A DNA stretch of 56,466 nt from an uncultured Nitrososphaeria archaeon (GCA_964637915.1 CAZWXN010000002.1:1-56466), one strand, 5' to 3'. Positions 41,683-52,915 are shown, numbered from the stretch's first letter. A program made the numbers and translations. Notes: generated by a model from the sequence alone, not told the origin.

Positions 41683-42955
41683 GTCTCCCAAACCCCATCC
41701 CGACCACGGGCTCACCATCCTCCAGCGCTAGAACGCCGCGCAGGAAAACCATCCTAACCTCGGCCTTCACCATCCAGCCCTCGAATGGAGAATACTTGGC
41801 CTTCGAGGCGAACCTCGATGGATCTATGGCCTGTTCTCTTCCAAGCTCGACGATCACCACGTCGCCATCCATGCCGGGCTCGAGGGCGCCCTTACGAGCT
41901 CCCAAGATCTCCGCAGGTCTGCGAGAGTAGAGATCTAAGGCCTTGAGCGGCATAACGCCATCCATTATCTGGGTCATGATTAGCGGCAGATAGATCTCTA
42001 GGCCGGGGAAGCCGGGTGGAACCTCATCATAGCCACTGCGGACCTTCTCCTCGAGCAGGTGCGGCGCGTGATCCGATGCTATCGCGTCAACGAGCCCAAG
42101 CCGTATAGCGTTCAGAACAGCGTCCGCATCCTCCATGCTCCTGAGGGGTGGATTCACCTTCGCTATCCCGCCGAATCGCCTCAGAACACCCGATGAGAGG
42201 AGCGCATGATGCAGGGTTGCGTCGCATGAGATATTTGCCCCGCGGAGCTTTGATGACGCTATCATCATTATTGAGTCCTTGGTTGTCAGGTGGGTGAGGT
42301 GGAGCCTTATACGACCACTCCCAGCGATCCTTAGCATGTTCTCCACGGCTCTTACCTCGGCCATCCTCGGCCTTATTCTCCCATGATCCTCGATTTTCGG
42401 CTCGGCGATCATCCCCCTCTCCCGCATTATCGTCTCCAAGTCTTCCGGGTGGACGACGACGAGATCTCCCTCGAGGCAGTTGATTATGCTGGGCAGCTTA
42501 CCATAATCCTCCGGATATATCTTGAAGCCGCATGCTATTCTCCTGATCTCAGGTATCTCGCGTAAGTCCCTAGGCGCGCCGCAGTAGAGTGCGAAGTCTA
42601 CAAGGGCTTTTCTCGCCGCGATCTCGAGCTTCTTCATCAGCCTCTCGAGTGAGTCTATGAATGGATCATTGTTCGGCATGTCGGCGACCAGTGTTACGCC
42701 TCCACGCAAGGCCGCGAGCGTCCCAGTATACCAGTCCTCCTTATACGCCTGGTTAAAGTCTCTTAGATGCACATGCATATCCACCATTCCCGGGAGCATT
42801 ATCTGGCCCTGCCTCAGCACGATCTTCTCATCGGCGCTTGGGGCGAGAGCCGGGCTCGAGATCGATGTTATCACGCCATCATCTATCGCGACCGCCGCCT
42901 CGATCAGCCTGCCATCCAAATACGCCTTACCCTCGATCACGAGATCAACCCTCAA
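41666..42955 (-). CDS. pyrC: dihydroorotase
   Basis: LPGMVDMHVHLRD metal-binding motif, amidohydrolase-fold pattern (HLTHLTT, ASDHAPH). It sits in pyr operon context. Confidence 0.9.
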   Translation of the reverse strand: MRVDLVIEGKAYLDGRLIEAAVAIDDGVITSISSPALAPSADEKIVLRQGQIMLPGMVDMHVHLRDFNQAYKEDWYTGTLAALRGGVTLVADMPNNDPFIDSLERLMKKLEIAARKALVDFALYCGAPRDLREIPEIRRIACGFKIYPEDYGKLPSIINCLEGDLVVVHPEDLETIMRERGMIAEPKIEDHGRIRPRMAEVRAVENMLRIAGSGRIRLHLTHLTTKDSIMMIASSKLRGANISCDATLHHALLSSGVLRRFGGIAKVNPPLRSMEDADAVLNAIRLGLVDAIASDHAPHLLEEKVRSGYDEVPPGFPGLEIYLPLIMTQIMDGVMPLKALDLYSRRPAEILGARKGALEPGMDGDVVIVELGREQAIDPSRFASKAKYSPFEGWMVKAEVRMVFLRGVLALEDGEPVVGMGFGRHVAGS

Positions 42956-43713
42956 TCCTCATCAGCCTCCAGCATCGGCGCGATTATCCTTCCATCGAGG
43001 ATCGGGCCATCCCTGCAGACTCTAAGCCCAAGCGGCTCGATAGAACATGAGCCGCATATCCCGGCGCCGCATCTTATCCTCCTCTCAAATGATGCTTCAA
43101 CCGGCAGTCCAGCCCTCAAGCACTCCCGCATCACCCCTAGATTCAGCTCCTCCTTCCCGCAGACATAGACCATGTCATAGCTCCCGTCCCGGATCACACT
43201 CCTGAATAGGTCGAGGACTGTTCCGCGATAGCCGGATGATCCATGCTCGACCGAAATCTCGACCTCGCCGAGCCTCTCGAACTCCTCCCGGTAGAATATG
43301 TCGACATCGGACTTGAAGCCTAGGAGTGCCTTTACACCGCATCCCATGGCTCTCAGCTTCTTCGCTAGGAAGTATAGTGGAGCGAGGCCGTATCCGCCGG
43401 CTACTAGGAGCGCACGACCGCCTGGGGCCCGCGTGAACCCCCTTCCAAGAGGCCCTCGGATGAAGACCCTATCACCGGCCATGAGCCTCTCATGCATGTA
43501 GCCCGTGACCCTTCCAACCCTCGCCACTATGAACTTGACGGTGTTATCCTCGGCGTCGGCGAAGCTTAATGGTATCTCTCCGACGCGGGGTATCCAGAGC
43601 ATCGCGAACTGGCCGGGCTCGGGCTCGACGCGATCCTCCAAGAGGATCTCGTATTCCTTGATGCTCTTGGTCAGGCCTCTCATCCCCTCTATCACTCCTG
43701 TAATGTAGCTCAT
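42952..43713 (-). CDS. pyrK: dihydroorotate dehydrogenase electron-transfer subunit (FAD / 2Fe-2S)
   Basis: Ferredoxin-reductase-like fold (RPLGRGF, LVAGGYGLAPL) and a C-terminal Cys cluster CGAGICGSCS...C. Start ATG 43713 forms an ATGA overlap with the pyrI stop and gives a typical ~253-aa product. The track ORF extends to 43776. Confidence 0.85.
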   Translation of the reverse strand: MSYITGVIEGMRGLTKSIKEYEILLEDRVEPEPGQFAMLWIPRVGEIPLSFADAEDNTVKFIVARVGRVTGYMHERLMAGDRVFIRGPLGRGFTRAPGGRALLVAGGYGLAPLYFLAKKLRAMGCGVKALLGFKSDVDIFYREEFERLGEVEISVEHGSSGYRGTVLDLFRSVIRDGSYDMVYVCGKEELNLGVMRECLRAGLPVEASFERRIRCGAGICGSCSIEPLGLRVCRDGPILDGRIIAPMLEADED

Positions 43714-44192
43714 GGCCTCGACTCCAGCTGCCGTGCGATGTCGTCGAATGTTAGGGCTAGGCCGCAGTAGTCGCAAACGAGCTTAAGCGGGTCATAGCTC
43801 GCGGTTATGAACCTGGGCTTAACCGGCTCATTCCTCTGATTCGTGATGCAGTTCGGGTTCTTGCATCTGAGGAACCCCTCAACAATCTTGGGCGGGACAG
43901 CTTTCCTCTTCTCAACGACCGTGTAGTCCTTTACCACGTTTATCGTCGCCATAGGGGCCAGAAGGGCGATCTTATCCGTGTCCTCGGGCCTTAGCTCCAG
44001 TCCCTCCACCTTGATTATATCCTTCCTGCCGAGCTTCCTGCTCTCAACATTCATGACGATCGCGACCGTGAATCCCTCCTTACCCGTTATCCCCATGAGC
44101 CTCAGGATGCTGAGGGCTCGGCCCGCCGGGATATGATCTATGATCGTCCCATTTCTTATCTTTGCTACGAGCAGTGGCTTCTCCGCCATCAC
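43710..44192 (-). CDS. pyrI: aspartate carbamoyltransferase regulatory chain
   Basis: LLVAKIRNGTIIDHIPAG allosteric-domain motif and the Zn domain CKNPNCIT...CDYC. Confidence 0.9.
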   Translation of the reverse strand: MMAEKPLLVAKIRNGTIIDHIPAGRALSILRLMGITGKEGFTVAIVMNVESRKLGRKDIIKVEGLELRPEDTDKIALLAPMATINVVKDYTVVEKRKAVPPKIVEGFLRCKNPNCITNQRNEPVKPRFITASYDPLKLVCDYCGLALTFDDIARQLESRP

Positions 44193-44195
44193 ATA

Positions 44196-45113
44196 TCACC
44201 CCACGAGTATTAGCTTGAGGAGGGCCATTCTCACGGGAACCCCGAGAGCAGCCTGCTCAAAGTATTTGGCATATGGTGTCGAGTCCACCTCGAAGCTTAT
44301 TTCATCCACTCTTGGCAGCGGATGGAGTATTGTCAGGTTCTTCTTGGCGCCTCTAAGGCTCTCCCCCGTTATCATGTAGCTCCCCCTCACCATCTCATAC
44401 TCGCTTGGGTCTGGGAATCTCTCCCTCTGTATCCTGCTCGCGTAGAGGACGTCAAGCTCTCCCACCACCTCCTCGAGCCTCTCAACCTCCCTGAAATCTA
44501 TGCCCGCCTCCACTAGGAGTTCACGAGTATCATCCCTGACCCTTAGCTGGGGCGGCGAGATCAAGTATAGCCTCCCTATCCTAAACTTTGTCAAGGCGGC
44601 TATGAAGGAGTTCGTCGCCCTCCCATACTTCAGGTCTCCCAAGACGCCTATCGTCAATCCATCTATTCCCCCGTGAAGCCTCTTTATAGTGTAGAGGTCT
44701 ATCATGGCCTGTGTCGGGTGGTTTCTGCTACCATCCCCCGCGTTTATCACGGGCTTCTCTGCGACCTCGGCCGCGAGCTTCGCCGCGCCCTCAAGCTTAT
44801 GCCTTATCACTATCACATCAGCATACGAGTCCAGCATTCTCACGGTGTCAGAGAGATTCTCTCCCTTGGCTATCGAGCTCTTCTCAACCTCACCCAAGTC
44901 TATTACCTCTCCGCCCAGCCTTAGCATCGCTGTCTGAAAGCTTAGCCTAGTCCTAGTGCTGGGCTCGAAGAACGCTGTCGCCATTATCCTACCCCTGAGA
45001 ATGGAGGACCATTTCTCCGGCGCCTCAAGGATCTCATCAGCTATCTTGAAGATCTCTTCGAAATCCTGCCTACTCAAATCATTTACGGATATTATGTCTC
45101 TACCCCTTAGCAT
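44196..45113 (-). CDS. pyrB: aspartate carbamoyltransferase catalytic chain
   Basis: [14 protein letters not shown]...G, HPTQA and HPLPR motifs. Confidence 0.95.
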   Translation of the reverse strand: MLRGRDIISVNDLSRQDFEEIFKIADEILEAPEKWSSILRGRIMATAFFEPSTRTRLSFQTAMLRLGGEVIDLGEVEKSSIAKGENLSDTVRMLDSYADVIVIRHKLEGAAKLAAEVAEKPVINAGDGSRNHPTQAMIDLYTIKRLHGGIDGLTIGVLGDLKYGRATNSFIAALTKFRIGRLYLISPPQLRVRDDTRELLVEAGIDFREVERLEEVVGELDVLYASRIQRERFPDPSEYEMVRGSYMITGESLRGAKKNLTILHPLPRVDEISFEVDSTPYAKYFEQAALGVPVRMALLKLILVG

Positions 45114-45669
45114 TTCGCATCACCTCCCCGCTTACCTCGAGCAGCGAGGTTAGCTGGCTAAGCGTTATCATGGAGTATAGCCTCACGCCAAGCTTTTCCA
45201 GCCTCTCCCCGGCACCCTCCTCCCGGTCAACCACGACGAATGCATTCTCGACCACGAGGCCCTCTGATCTCAACGCTGAGACCGCTTTCTCCAGCGATGA
45301 CCCCGTCGTCGCGACATCGTCCACGAGAAGCGCCCTCACCCCAGTCGCGAAATCCCCCTCAATCATCTTCCGCGTCCCATGAGCCTTCTGCTCCTTCCTA
45401 ACGTAAATCATCGGCCTCTCCATGATTAGCGCAAGCGCCGTTGCAAGCGGTATCCCGCTCGACTCGACGCCTGCGAGCATCTCGAATTCCAGCTCCCTTA
45501 TCCTCCGGGCGCATAGCTCTACCAGCGCCCTGAACTCCCTTGGATGCGAGATAACGGATCTCAGGTCTATGTATATCGTGCTCTCGCCGCCGGAGCTTAG
45601 GATGAATCTCCCAATCTTCACGCAGTTGGCGCTCCTCAATATCCCGGAAACCTCACGCGCATAGGACAT
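45100..45669 (-). CDS. pyrE: orotate phosphoribosyltransferase
   Basis: [16 protein letters not shown] and the PRPP-binding loop [12 protein letters not shown]. Confidence 0.85.
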   Translation of the reverse strand: MSYAREVSGILRSANCVKIGRFILSSGGESTIYIDLRSVISHPREFRALVELCARRIRELEFEMLAGVESSGIPLATALALIMERPMIYVRKEQKAHGTRKMIEGDFATGVRALLVDDVATTGSSLEKAVSALRSEGLVVENAFVVVDREEGAGERLEKLGVRLYSMITLSQLTSLLEVSGEVMRNAKG

Positions 45670-46372
45670 CTCTCTCAGCCTCCACTATCATGCGGGCTGC
45701 CTCGAGGGGCTTCTCCGCCATCATTATCGCCCTCCCAACTATCTCGAAGTCTCCACCCATCCTCAGCGCATGCGCCGGGCTTGCGCCCTGTGTGACTATG
45801 CCTGGTGAGAGGATAGTCATCTCCGGGAGAATCCTTCTCGCCTCCGCGATCAACTCGCCCCGCGTCGCCCCAACTATTATACCGTCCACGCCAGCCGTCT
45901 TAGCCTCCTCCAACAGCCTATGAAAGCTCTGCTGGATTAACCGTGCCTGTGGATGGCTCATGGCAACGACCCCGAAGAGGTCTATGCTACGCCTCACCTC
46001 GCCGACCCCTCCTTGGAACAGGTGGGCTATCGCGGCGTCAAACCCGATTCTCCAGAAGCTCTCAAGCACGACCTGAATTATCTCGGGTATATCTGATAGC
46101 TTGAAGTCCGCGATCATGTAGAACTCCCCCTTGAAGCGGTCTAGGATCTCGGATACACCGTCAAACCCTATCGAGAGGCTTAGCGGCAGCCCAATCTTCA
46201 CCCCGACACTGAGCTCCCGAAGCCCATCAAGAAGGCTAATGCACCTTTTGATGAGCTGCCGCTTGTCCGCTGAATTATCATGGAGATCGAGGGCGATTAT
46301 CAGCCTGCTCCGCCTATCCTCAGAGATCCTCCAAAGCTTCTCCGGAGACCTTCCACGCGGAACTTGGGCCAC
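45653..46372 (-). CDS. pyrF: orotidine 5'-phosphate decarboxylase
   Basis: LIIALDL, VKIG and IADFKLSDIPEI (D-x-K-x-x-D) motifs. GTG start at 46372 with TATA-like CTTTATAAC (46402-46410, minus) ~34 nt upstream. Confidence 0.8.
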   Translation of the reverse strand: MAQVPRGRSPEKLWRISEDRRSRLIIALDLHDNSADKRQLIKRCISLLDGLRELSVGVKIGLPLSLSIGFDGVSEILDRFKGEFYMIADFKLSDIPEIIQVVLESFWRIGFDAAIAHLFQGGVGEVRRSIDLFGVVAMSHPQARLIQQSFHRLLEEAKTAGVDGIIVGATRGELIAEARRILPEMTILSPGIVTQGASPAHALRMGGDFEIVGRAIMMAEKPLEAARMIVEAERDVLCA

Positions 46373-46471
46373 GAAGCCCTTTCTCGGAGAATCTCAGTCT
46401 CGTTATAAAGATTGCCTCAGTGGGTCCTCCCGCTCCGGCGACTAGATCCCGCTCAAGGGAGGGGGCTCCAG

Positions 46472-47278
46472 CTATTGGCCAGGATTGCTTAGCGCCTCAA
46501 CAAACCCCTTTACGAGCCTCTCAACAGCCCTCTCAGGGCACACTGGGCTCCTTTTTATCTCGGAGATTATCCTGCTCCCAGCTATAATGCCATCGGCGCC
46601 GAGCTTGGCGAGCTCAACCGCTTGATCCGGCCTCGAGACTCCGAAGCCCACTGCCACCGGCTTCTCGGGGTTCAGGCTCTTGCTTCTCCGGAGTAGCTGG
46701 ATTGCTGTCGGCGGGAGGGACTCTCTCTCGCCCGTCGTCCCGGTGAGGGATACGAGATATGCGAATCCCATCGTCTCGTCTAGGATTTTCGCGAGCCTCT
46801 CATCACTCGTCGTCGGCGCTGCTAGGAGCACCAGCGAGATGCCATGCTCCATGGCGATCCTCTTCACGGGGCCGGCCTCCTCGAGGGGTAGATCCGGTAT
46901 AATTACTCCGCCGACTCCATGTCTCGAGGCCTCCTCCATAAATCTCCTCAAGCCCATACGATAGACGGGGTTAAGATATGTCAGGATCACGATCGAGACG
47001 TTATGCCTCGATGAGATCTCCTTGGCGAGCTCTAGGACCTTCCGTGGGGTCGCCCCTGCCTGAAGAGCCTTGAAGGTCGCCTCCTGTATCGTGACGCCAT
47101 CCGCTATAGGGTCAGAGAACGGTATTCCCAGCTCGATTATCTCCGCCCCGGCCTCCGCCATCGCCTCAAGTATTCTTCTACATGTCTCCATGTCAGGGTA
47201 TCCGCCCGTGATATATGGTATGAAGATTGATCGGCCTATTCTCCTCGCTCGCTTAAACCTCTCTTCGATCCCGTTCAT
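46472..47278 (-). CDS. trpA: tryptophan synthase alpha chain
   Basis: [24 protein letters not shown] and GFGVS motifs. 4-nt overlap with trpB. Confidence 0.9.
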   Translation of the reverse strand: MNGIEERFKRARRIGRSIFIPYITGGYPDMETCRRILEAMAEAGAEIIELGIPFSDPIADGVTIQEATFKALQAGATPRKVLELAKEISSRHNVSIVILTYLNPVYRMGLRRFMEEASRHGVGGVIIPDLPLEEAGPVKRIAMEHGISLVLLAAPTTSDERLAKILDETMGFAYLVSLTGTTGERESLPPTAIQLLRRSKSLNPEKPVAVGFGVSRPDQAVELAKLGADGIIAGSRIISEIKRSPVCPERAVERLVKGFVEALSNPGQ

Positions 47279-48465
47279 CTCCCAAGCCTCCTCAAGACTG
47301 TCTCGAGATCCTTGTCTCCCCTGCCCGAGAGATTCACGACTATTATCTCGTCTCTCCCGATGTTCTCGGCGAGCTTCATCGCGTATGCTAGTGCATGGGC
47401 GGATTCGAGTGCCGGCAGAATTCCCTCAGTCCTCGATAATGCTAGGAATGCTTGGAGAGCTTCTTCATCTGTTACCGTGAAGTATTGGGCTCTCCCCATC
47501 TCCTTGAGGTAGGCGTGCTCCGGCCCGACCGCGGGATAGTCTAGGCCGGCTGCTATGCTATGTGTTCCAGCTATCTGCCCATCATCATCCTGCAAGACAT
47601 ATGTCAGCGCGCCATGTAGAACTCCCTCAATGCCTCTTACGAGCGATGCTGAGTGTTTTCCGAGATCCTCACCCTCTCCACCGGCCTCGACGCCGATCAG
47701 CTTAACCTCGCGATCCTCGATGAATGGATGGAATATCCCTATCGCGTTGCTCCCGCCGCCGACGCATGCCACGATGTAGTCTGGAAGCCTCCCCTCCTTC
47801 TCAAGAATCTGCCTCTTCGTCTCCAATCCTATAACAGACTGGAAATCCCGGACAATCATGGGATATGGATGTGGGCCGACACATGATCCGAGCAGATAAT
47901 ACGTCGTCTCGACATTCGTCACCCAGTCCCTTATCGCCTCGTTTATCGCGTCCTTCAACGTCTTCGATCCGGATGAGACGGGGTGTACCTCGGCGCCAAG
48001 AAGCCTCATCCTCTGTACGTTCATCCTCTGCCTCTCCATGTCTATCTCGCCCATGTAGATCTCGCATCTCAGGCCGAGGACTGCGCAGGCCATAGCGGTC
48101 GCGACGCCATGCTGCCCAGCCCCGGTCTCAGCTATCACCCTCCTCTTCCCCATCCGCTTGGCGAGCAACCCCTGGCCCAGCGTATTGTTTATCTTGTGGG
48201 CGCCTCCATGGAGCAGGTCCTCGCGCTTGAGATAGATCTTCGCTCCGCCCACCATCCTCGTGAGGTTCTCAGCGTAGTAGAGCGGCGTCGGCCTGCCAGC
48301 ATACTCCCTGAGCATATAGTCTAGCTCGCGCCTGAACCCTGGATCATCCCTCAGCTTGAGATAGCTCTCCTCGAGGTCGCTTAGCGCCTCCATCAGCGTC
48401 TCGGGGACATATCGCCCGCCGAACCTGCCAAACCTCCCATTGCTCGTCGGAAGATTATACCCCAT
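47275..48465 (-). CDS. trpB: tryptophan synthase beta chain (TrpB1-type length)
   Basis: [22 protein letters not shown] (PLP Lys), GAGQHG and GGGSNA motifs. Start ATG 48465 lies 4-5 nt after GGGAGGTGGAG (complement of 48471-48480). The track ORF extends to 48495. Confidence 0.95.
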   Translation of the reverse strand: MGYNLPTSNGRFGRFGGRYVPETLMEALSDLEESYLKLRDDPGFRRELDYMLREYAGRPTPLYYAENLTRMVGGAKIYLKREDLLHGGAHKINNTLGQGLLAKRMGKRRVIAETGAGQHGVATAMACAVLGLRCEIYMGEIDMERQRMNVQRMRLLGAEVHPVSSGSKTLKDAINEAIRDWVTNVETTYYLLGSCVGPHPYPMIVRDFQSVIGLETKRQILEKEGRLPDYIVACVGGGSNAIGIFHPFIEDREVKLIGVEAGGEGEDLGKHSASLVRGIEGVLHGALTYVLQDDDGQIAGTHSIAAGLDYPAVGPEHAYLKEMGRAQYFTVTDEEALQAFLALSRTEGILPALESAHALAYAMKLAENIGRDEIIVVNLSGRGDKDLETVLRRLGR

Positions 48466-49069
48466 CAAGCTCCACCTCCCTAACCCTCCTAACAAACTCT
48501 CTTATCATGTGCGCGTCCTTTATCCCGGGAGATGACTCGACCCCGCTCGAGACATCAACACCATATGGCCTGACTATCCGGATCGCGTCCCGGATGTTCG
48601 ATGGGCTGAGGCCTCCAGCCAGTATAACGGGAAGCCCAGACATCTCCCGGATCCTCCTGCATACATTCCAGTCGGGCTTCAAGCCCCTCCCCATGCTGCT
48701 GTCGAGGAGTATAGCGTCGAAGCCATTGCAGTCTGGCGCCGCGTCAATATTTGCCTGAACAGGCTTAATAATCCACTTGACTCCAAGCTCTCTCAACTGA
48801 TCTGGGTCAATATCGCCATATACTTGGACAGCGTCGGGCCTTATCTCGCGGATAGCCCTAGCCAGCATATCGCGATCGCTCCCATTAACTACTAGGACTA
48901 CGTCGAGGAATGGCGGCGCCATCCTCCTGAGAGTTCTCGCCCTCTCGATCGTGAGGTTTCTCGGCGATCTTGGGAAGCCCACCACTAGGCCCACTGCATC
49001 AGCGCCATGCATGGCGGCTGCCATCAAATCCGCCTCACGCGTTATCCCGCAGATCTTCACCCTAACCAT
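48455..49069 (-). CDS. trpF: phosphoribosylanthranilate isomerase
   Basis: VKICGIT, DAVGLV, ILLDS and AGGL motifs. It lies between trpC and trpB. Confidence 0.85.
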   Translation of the reverse strand: MVRVKICGITREADLMAAAMHGADAVGLVVGFPRSPRNLTIERARTLRRMAPPFLDVVLVVNGSDRDMLARAIREIRPDAVQVYGDIDPDQLRELGVKWIIKPVQANIDAAPDCNGFDAILLDSSMGRGLKPDWNVCRRIREMSGLPVILAGGLSPSNIRDAIRIVRPYGVDVSSGVESSPGIKDAHMIREFVRRVREVELDGV

Positions 49070-49865
49070 CGCCCAGATCCCCCTTAAGCTCTCTTATCTT
49101 TGACGCGATGCTCCTCGATCGCATGATCGAGGTGCCAACCAGGAACTTGCTCACGCCAAGCTCTAGAAATTTTCTCACGTCAGATGCCGAAGTTATCCCG
49201 CTCTCGAGGACTATCCGCTCACAATCGCCGCCATGCGCCGCGATGATCTCATAAGCGCGGTCGAGACTGAGGTCAAGCGTGTCGAGGTTTCTAGAATTCA
49301 CCCCAAGGAGGTCCGCATCATAGTGAAGCGATGCTTTGAAGTCCTCCATCGTATAGGATTCAAGCAAGATCTCGAGCCCCATGCCGTGGGCGAGCTCTAT
49401 CGCATCCCTCAACTCGAGCTCTGTGCAGCCCCTCGAGAAGGCCGGGAATATTAGGAGTATTGCTGATGCACCCGCCCTATAGGCGGCCTCTATCTGGGCC
49501 TCAGAAACTATGAAGTCCTTCATCAAGATTGGGAGGCTTGTGATTCCCGAGGCCTCCGCGAGATATCCTATTGACCCGGAGAAGTTGTCAGGGTCTGTTA
49601 GGATCGAGAGAGCATCAGCCCCAGCGTTCTCCATCTCCATTACGAGGCTTAGTGGATCCTGCTCCTCCCTGATCCAGCCCATGGATGGTGATCGGAGCTT
49701 CAGCTCACATATCAGCGAGATCCCGGGCTTATCCAAGGCCTTAAGCATGCTCGGCCTCTTCACCGCCGCCTTGCATTCATCTAAGCTATAATACCCCTCT
49801 GCAACCCTTCTCCTCGCCTGGGCACATGCCTTCTCTAGAAAGCTCATTCCACCACCCTCATCCAC
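49062..49865 (-). CDS. trpC: indole-3-glycerol-phosphate synthase
   Basis: ICELKLRSPSMG, LSILTD, KDFIV, LLI, GVNSRNL and ESGI motifs. Confidence 0.85.
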   Translation of the reverse strand: MDEGGGMSFLEKACAQARRRVAEGYYSLDECKAAVKRPSMLKALDKPGISLICELKLRSPSMGWIREEQDPLSLVMEMENAGADALSILTDPDNFSGSIGYLAEASGITSLPILMKDFIVSEAQIEAAYRAGASAILLIFPAFSRGCTELELRDAIELAHGMGLEILLESYTMEDFKASLHYDADLLGVNSRNLDTLDLSLDRAYEIIAAHGGDCERIVLESGITSASDVRKFLELGVSKFLVGTSIMRSRSIASKIRELKGDLGDG

Positions 49866-50911
49866 GACTCGAATCTATCTTGATCGCCGCCAGTCTCCTT
49901 CACGAGCCTCCTCAATAGCTCGATCGGCTTTCCCGATTCTATCACGCGCCAAGCCATCTCCGCGCCACCAGCCGGGTCATCAGCCAATCCGCCGACCATT
50001 AATGTTAGCGATGAGTTCGCGAGGAGGAGCCTCGTTAATGGATGACTTCTCCCAAGAGCCCCCGCCAAGGCCTCCAAGGTTCTTCTGATGCACTCATCCC
50101 TGCTTCCCACGATTATCTCCTCAACTCTCGCCTTCTCGAGCCCAAAGCTCTCAGGGCTGAGTATCACCCGCCTAGCCTCCCCATCCTTGATCCAGATCAC
50201 CATAGTCTCGGAGAATATTGATGCCTCATCTATCCCGCCATCCCCATGGATTATCGCGGCCTCCTCCCTTCCAAGGATTTTGACCGCCTCAGCCACGCGC
50301 TCCATGAACTCGCGGGAGAAGACTCCGAGAACCTGAGCATTCACCGGTGCCGGGTTTGTTAGGGGGCCCAGCAAGTTGAAGATCGTCCTTATTCCGATCT
50401 CCTTCCTCACGGGCATGACATTCTTCATTGATTGATGATATCTTGGCGCGTAGATGAATCCGAAGCCCAGCGACTCGATGCACCTTGAAACCATGTCCGG
50501 CTCTAAGTCTATCCTCACGCCGACCTCCTCAAGGAAGTCCGCGCTGCCACAGTAGCCTGTGAATGATCTATTGCCGTGTTTTGCGACCCGGCATCCAGCA
50601 GCAGCGGCCACAAGTCCAGACGCTGTGCTGACGTTAATAGTCTTTACCAAGTCGCCCCCGGTCCCGCACGTGTCTATCAGCCGTCCCCTTGTGGGGCTTA
50701 CCCGTATCGGTGTCGCAAATCTTCTCATAACCTCTGACATGGCGGCTATTATCGCTGGATTCTCGCCCCGTATACGGAGGGCGGTGAGGAAGGCGGCAGC
50801 CTGAGCATGTGTCGCCTTACCCCTCATCAGCTCCTCCATGCATCTTGCCGCGAGCTCCGGTTCTATGCCCCCACGCTCCACAAGCAGCTTTATCGCCTCG
50901 ACTATGCTCAT
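49844..50911 (-). CDS. trpD: anthranilate phosphoribosyltransferase
   Basis: AAFLTALRIRGE, DTCGTGGD and KHGNRSFTGYCGSADFLE motifs. Confidence 0.9.
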   Translation of the reverse strand: MSIVEAIKLLVERGGIEPELAARCMEELMRGKATHAQAAAFLTALRIRGENPAIIAAMSEVMRRFATPIRVSPTRGRLIDTCGTGGDLVKTINVSTASGLVAAAAGCRVAKHGNRSFTGYCGSADFLEEVGVRIDLEPDMVSRCIESLGFGFIYAPRYHQSMKNVMPVRKEIGIRTIFNLLGPLTNPAPVNAQVLGVFSREFMERVAEAVKILGREEAAIIHGDGGIDEASIFSETMVIWIKDGEARRVILSPESFGLEKARVEEIIVGSRDECIRRTLEALAGALGRSHPLTRLLLANSSLTLMVGGLADDPAGGAEMAWRVIESGKPIELLRRLVKETGGDQDRFESWMRVVE

Positions 50912-51492
50912 ATCATTCCCCCCAGGAAGTTCCTGAGAATCTTGATCCCGCTGGTGGTTAGGATGGATTCGGGGTGGAACTGCACGCCCGCGATAGGCAG
51001 GCTTCTATGCCTAACCCCCATGATCTCGCCATCATCGAGCGATCTCGCGGATATCTCGAGGCAGTCCGGCAGGCCCTCCTCATCGGCGACGAGTGAGTGA
51101 TATCTACCGGCCATGAGCGGGTTCTCAAGCCCTTCGAATATCCCCCTCCCATCATGGCTTATGGGACTTGGCTTGCCATGCACGATCCTCCTCGCCCTAA
51201 TTACCCTACCGCCAAACGCGTGGACTATCAGCTGATGGCCTAGGCATACCCCCAGTATCGGCGTATCCCGCGAGAATCTCGTGATGACATCCTCGCAAAC
51301 TCCAGTATACTGTTTCTCGGATGGATGGCCGGGGCCTGGCGAGATTATAATCCTATCCGGGTCAATCTCCTCAACCTCATTTAGGGTGATCTTGTTGCTT
51401 CGCACAACTATCGCCTCAGCTCCCAGCCTGCCAACATAGTCGGCGAGATTATAGACGAATGAGTCGAAATTGTCTAGGATTAGGACGCGCAT
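50908..51492 (-). CDS. trpG: anthranilate synthase component II (glutamine amidotransferase)
   Basis: ILDNFDSFVYNL, the GVCLGHQ catalytic Cys motif, and VQFHPES. Confidence 0.9.
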   Translation of the reverse strand: MRVLILDNFDSFVYNLADYVGRLGAEAIVVRSNKITLNEVEEIDPDRIIISPGPGHPSEKQYTGVCEDVITRFSRDTPILGVCLGHQLIVHAFGGRVIRARRIVHGKPSPISHDGRGIFEGLENPLMAGRYHSLVADEEGLPDCLEISARSLDDGEIMGVRHRSLPIAGVQFHPESILTTSGIKILRNFLGGMI

Positions 51493-52886
51493 CTCTCACC
51501 AGCCTCCTCTAAGGCCCTCACAAGCGCCATCATCTTATGCTGGGTCTCCTTCCACTCTCGCTCCGGGATTGAGTCCCAGACGATACCGGCGCCCGCTTGG
51601 ATGTAGGCTAGGCACGATCTCCTGATCAGGGTTCTTATCGTGATCGCGAAGTCGCAGCAGCCATTCAGCGAGAAGTATCCAATCGCCCCTGCATATGGGC
51701 CTCTCCTGACGGGCTCAAGCTCCTCTATTATCTCCATCGCTCTAGGCTTTGGCGCCCCCGAGACTGTTCCAGCCGGGAAGACGGCCTTGAAGGCATCATA
51801 CATCGTGGCTCCATCTCTCAGCCTTGCCTCAACTCTTGAGACTATGTGCTTGACGTGGCTATACTTGACTAGGGTCATGAAGTCCTTCACCTCGACTGAT
51901 CCGGGCTCCGCGATCTTGGCGAGATCATTTCTAGCGAGATCGACGAGCATAACATGCTCCGCCCTCTCCTTCTCGTCGGAGAGAAGCTCGTGGTCGGATT
52001 CCTCCTCCAGCCTCGGATCATTCATCCTCGGCCTAGTCCCGGCTATCGGGAACGTCTCAACTCTGACGCCCTCAACCCTAACCAGCATCTCGGGGCTCGC
52101 TCCAACAATCTCGTCATCCCCGAGCCTGAGATAATACATGTAAGGTGATGGATTAAGATCGCGAAGCCTGAGATAGAATGGGAGCAGGTCTCCCTCGATC
52201 TCGAATTCAAGCCTCCGTGAGAGAACTACTTGGAAGATATCGCCGTGCTCAATATACTTCCTTCCAGCCTCCACGATGCCCATGAACTCGTCCATGCTCA
52301 TGTTGCTCCTCGGGCTGGTGTATCTGAGACGACGAGTGGCGGACGGCGGCGCAGCGTCCCTCAGAACCCTCTTGACCACATCCAGCCTACCATCCCCAGC
52401 GCATGAGCAGTAATAGTAGATTCGCCTTCCATGATCGTAGATCAGCGCGTCCTCGAATAAGCCGAACTTCATGAGCGGAAAGATGCTGCCCGGCTTCTCG
52501 CGCACTCGGATATCCTCCCAGAGGAATGAGGCCTCATATGAGACGTAGCCTACAAGGCCGCCGATAAACCGGGGCGAGGGGGAGGCACTCGCGATCGGCC
52601 GGGCTAGGCTTCTCAGCAGATCTAGTGGATCACCCTCCACCTCGCCGACAGAACCATGCTCATGGATTCTCGAGAACCCCTCATAACACTCGATGATTAG
52701 CTTGGGGTCGAAGCCGATGAAGCTGTATTCTGCGAGCCTCTTGGGGCCTGTTAGAGATTCTAGGAGAAAGGCATCCCGCCAAGCAGCTCTTATGGCCCCG
52801 AAAACCTGGAGGGGGGTGAGCCCTAGATCAAGCCTTACAAGCCTAAGCCGTCTCTCAGCGTGATATTCAGAGCCAAAGACAGCCAC
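51480..52886 (-). CDS. trpE: anthranilate synthase component I
   Basis: Chorismate-binding domain motifs (FPAGTVSGAPK, GPYAGAIGY, GAGIVWDSIPEREWKET). It is the first gene of the trp run. GTG start at 52886. Confidence 0.9.
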   Translation of the reverse strand: MAVFGSEYHAERRLRLVRLDLGLTPLQVFGAIRAAWRDAFLLESLTGPKRLAEYSFIGFDPKLIIECYEGFSRIHEHGSVGEVEGDPLDLLRSLARPIASASPSPRFIGGLVGYVSYEASFLWEDIRVREKPGSIFPLMKFGLFEDALIYDHGRRIYYYCSCAGDGRLDVVKRVLRDAAPPSATRRLRYTSPRSNMSMDEFMGIVEAGRKYIEHGDIFQVVLSRRLEFEIEGDLLPFYLRLRDLNPSPYMYYLRLGDDEIVGASPEMLVRVEGVRVETFPIAGTRPRMNDPRLEEESDHELLSDEKERAEHVMLVDLARNDLAKIAEPGSVEVKDFMTLVKYSHVKHIVSRVEARLRDGATMYDAFKAVFPAGTVSGAPKPRAMEIIEELEPVRRGPYAGAIGYFSLNGCCDFAITIRTLIRRSCLAYIQAGAGIVWDSIPEREWKETQHKMMALVRALEEAGERCAS

Positions 52887-52915
52887 CGTTCATGCGAGAT
52901 AGGCATTAGTGCACA

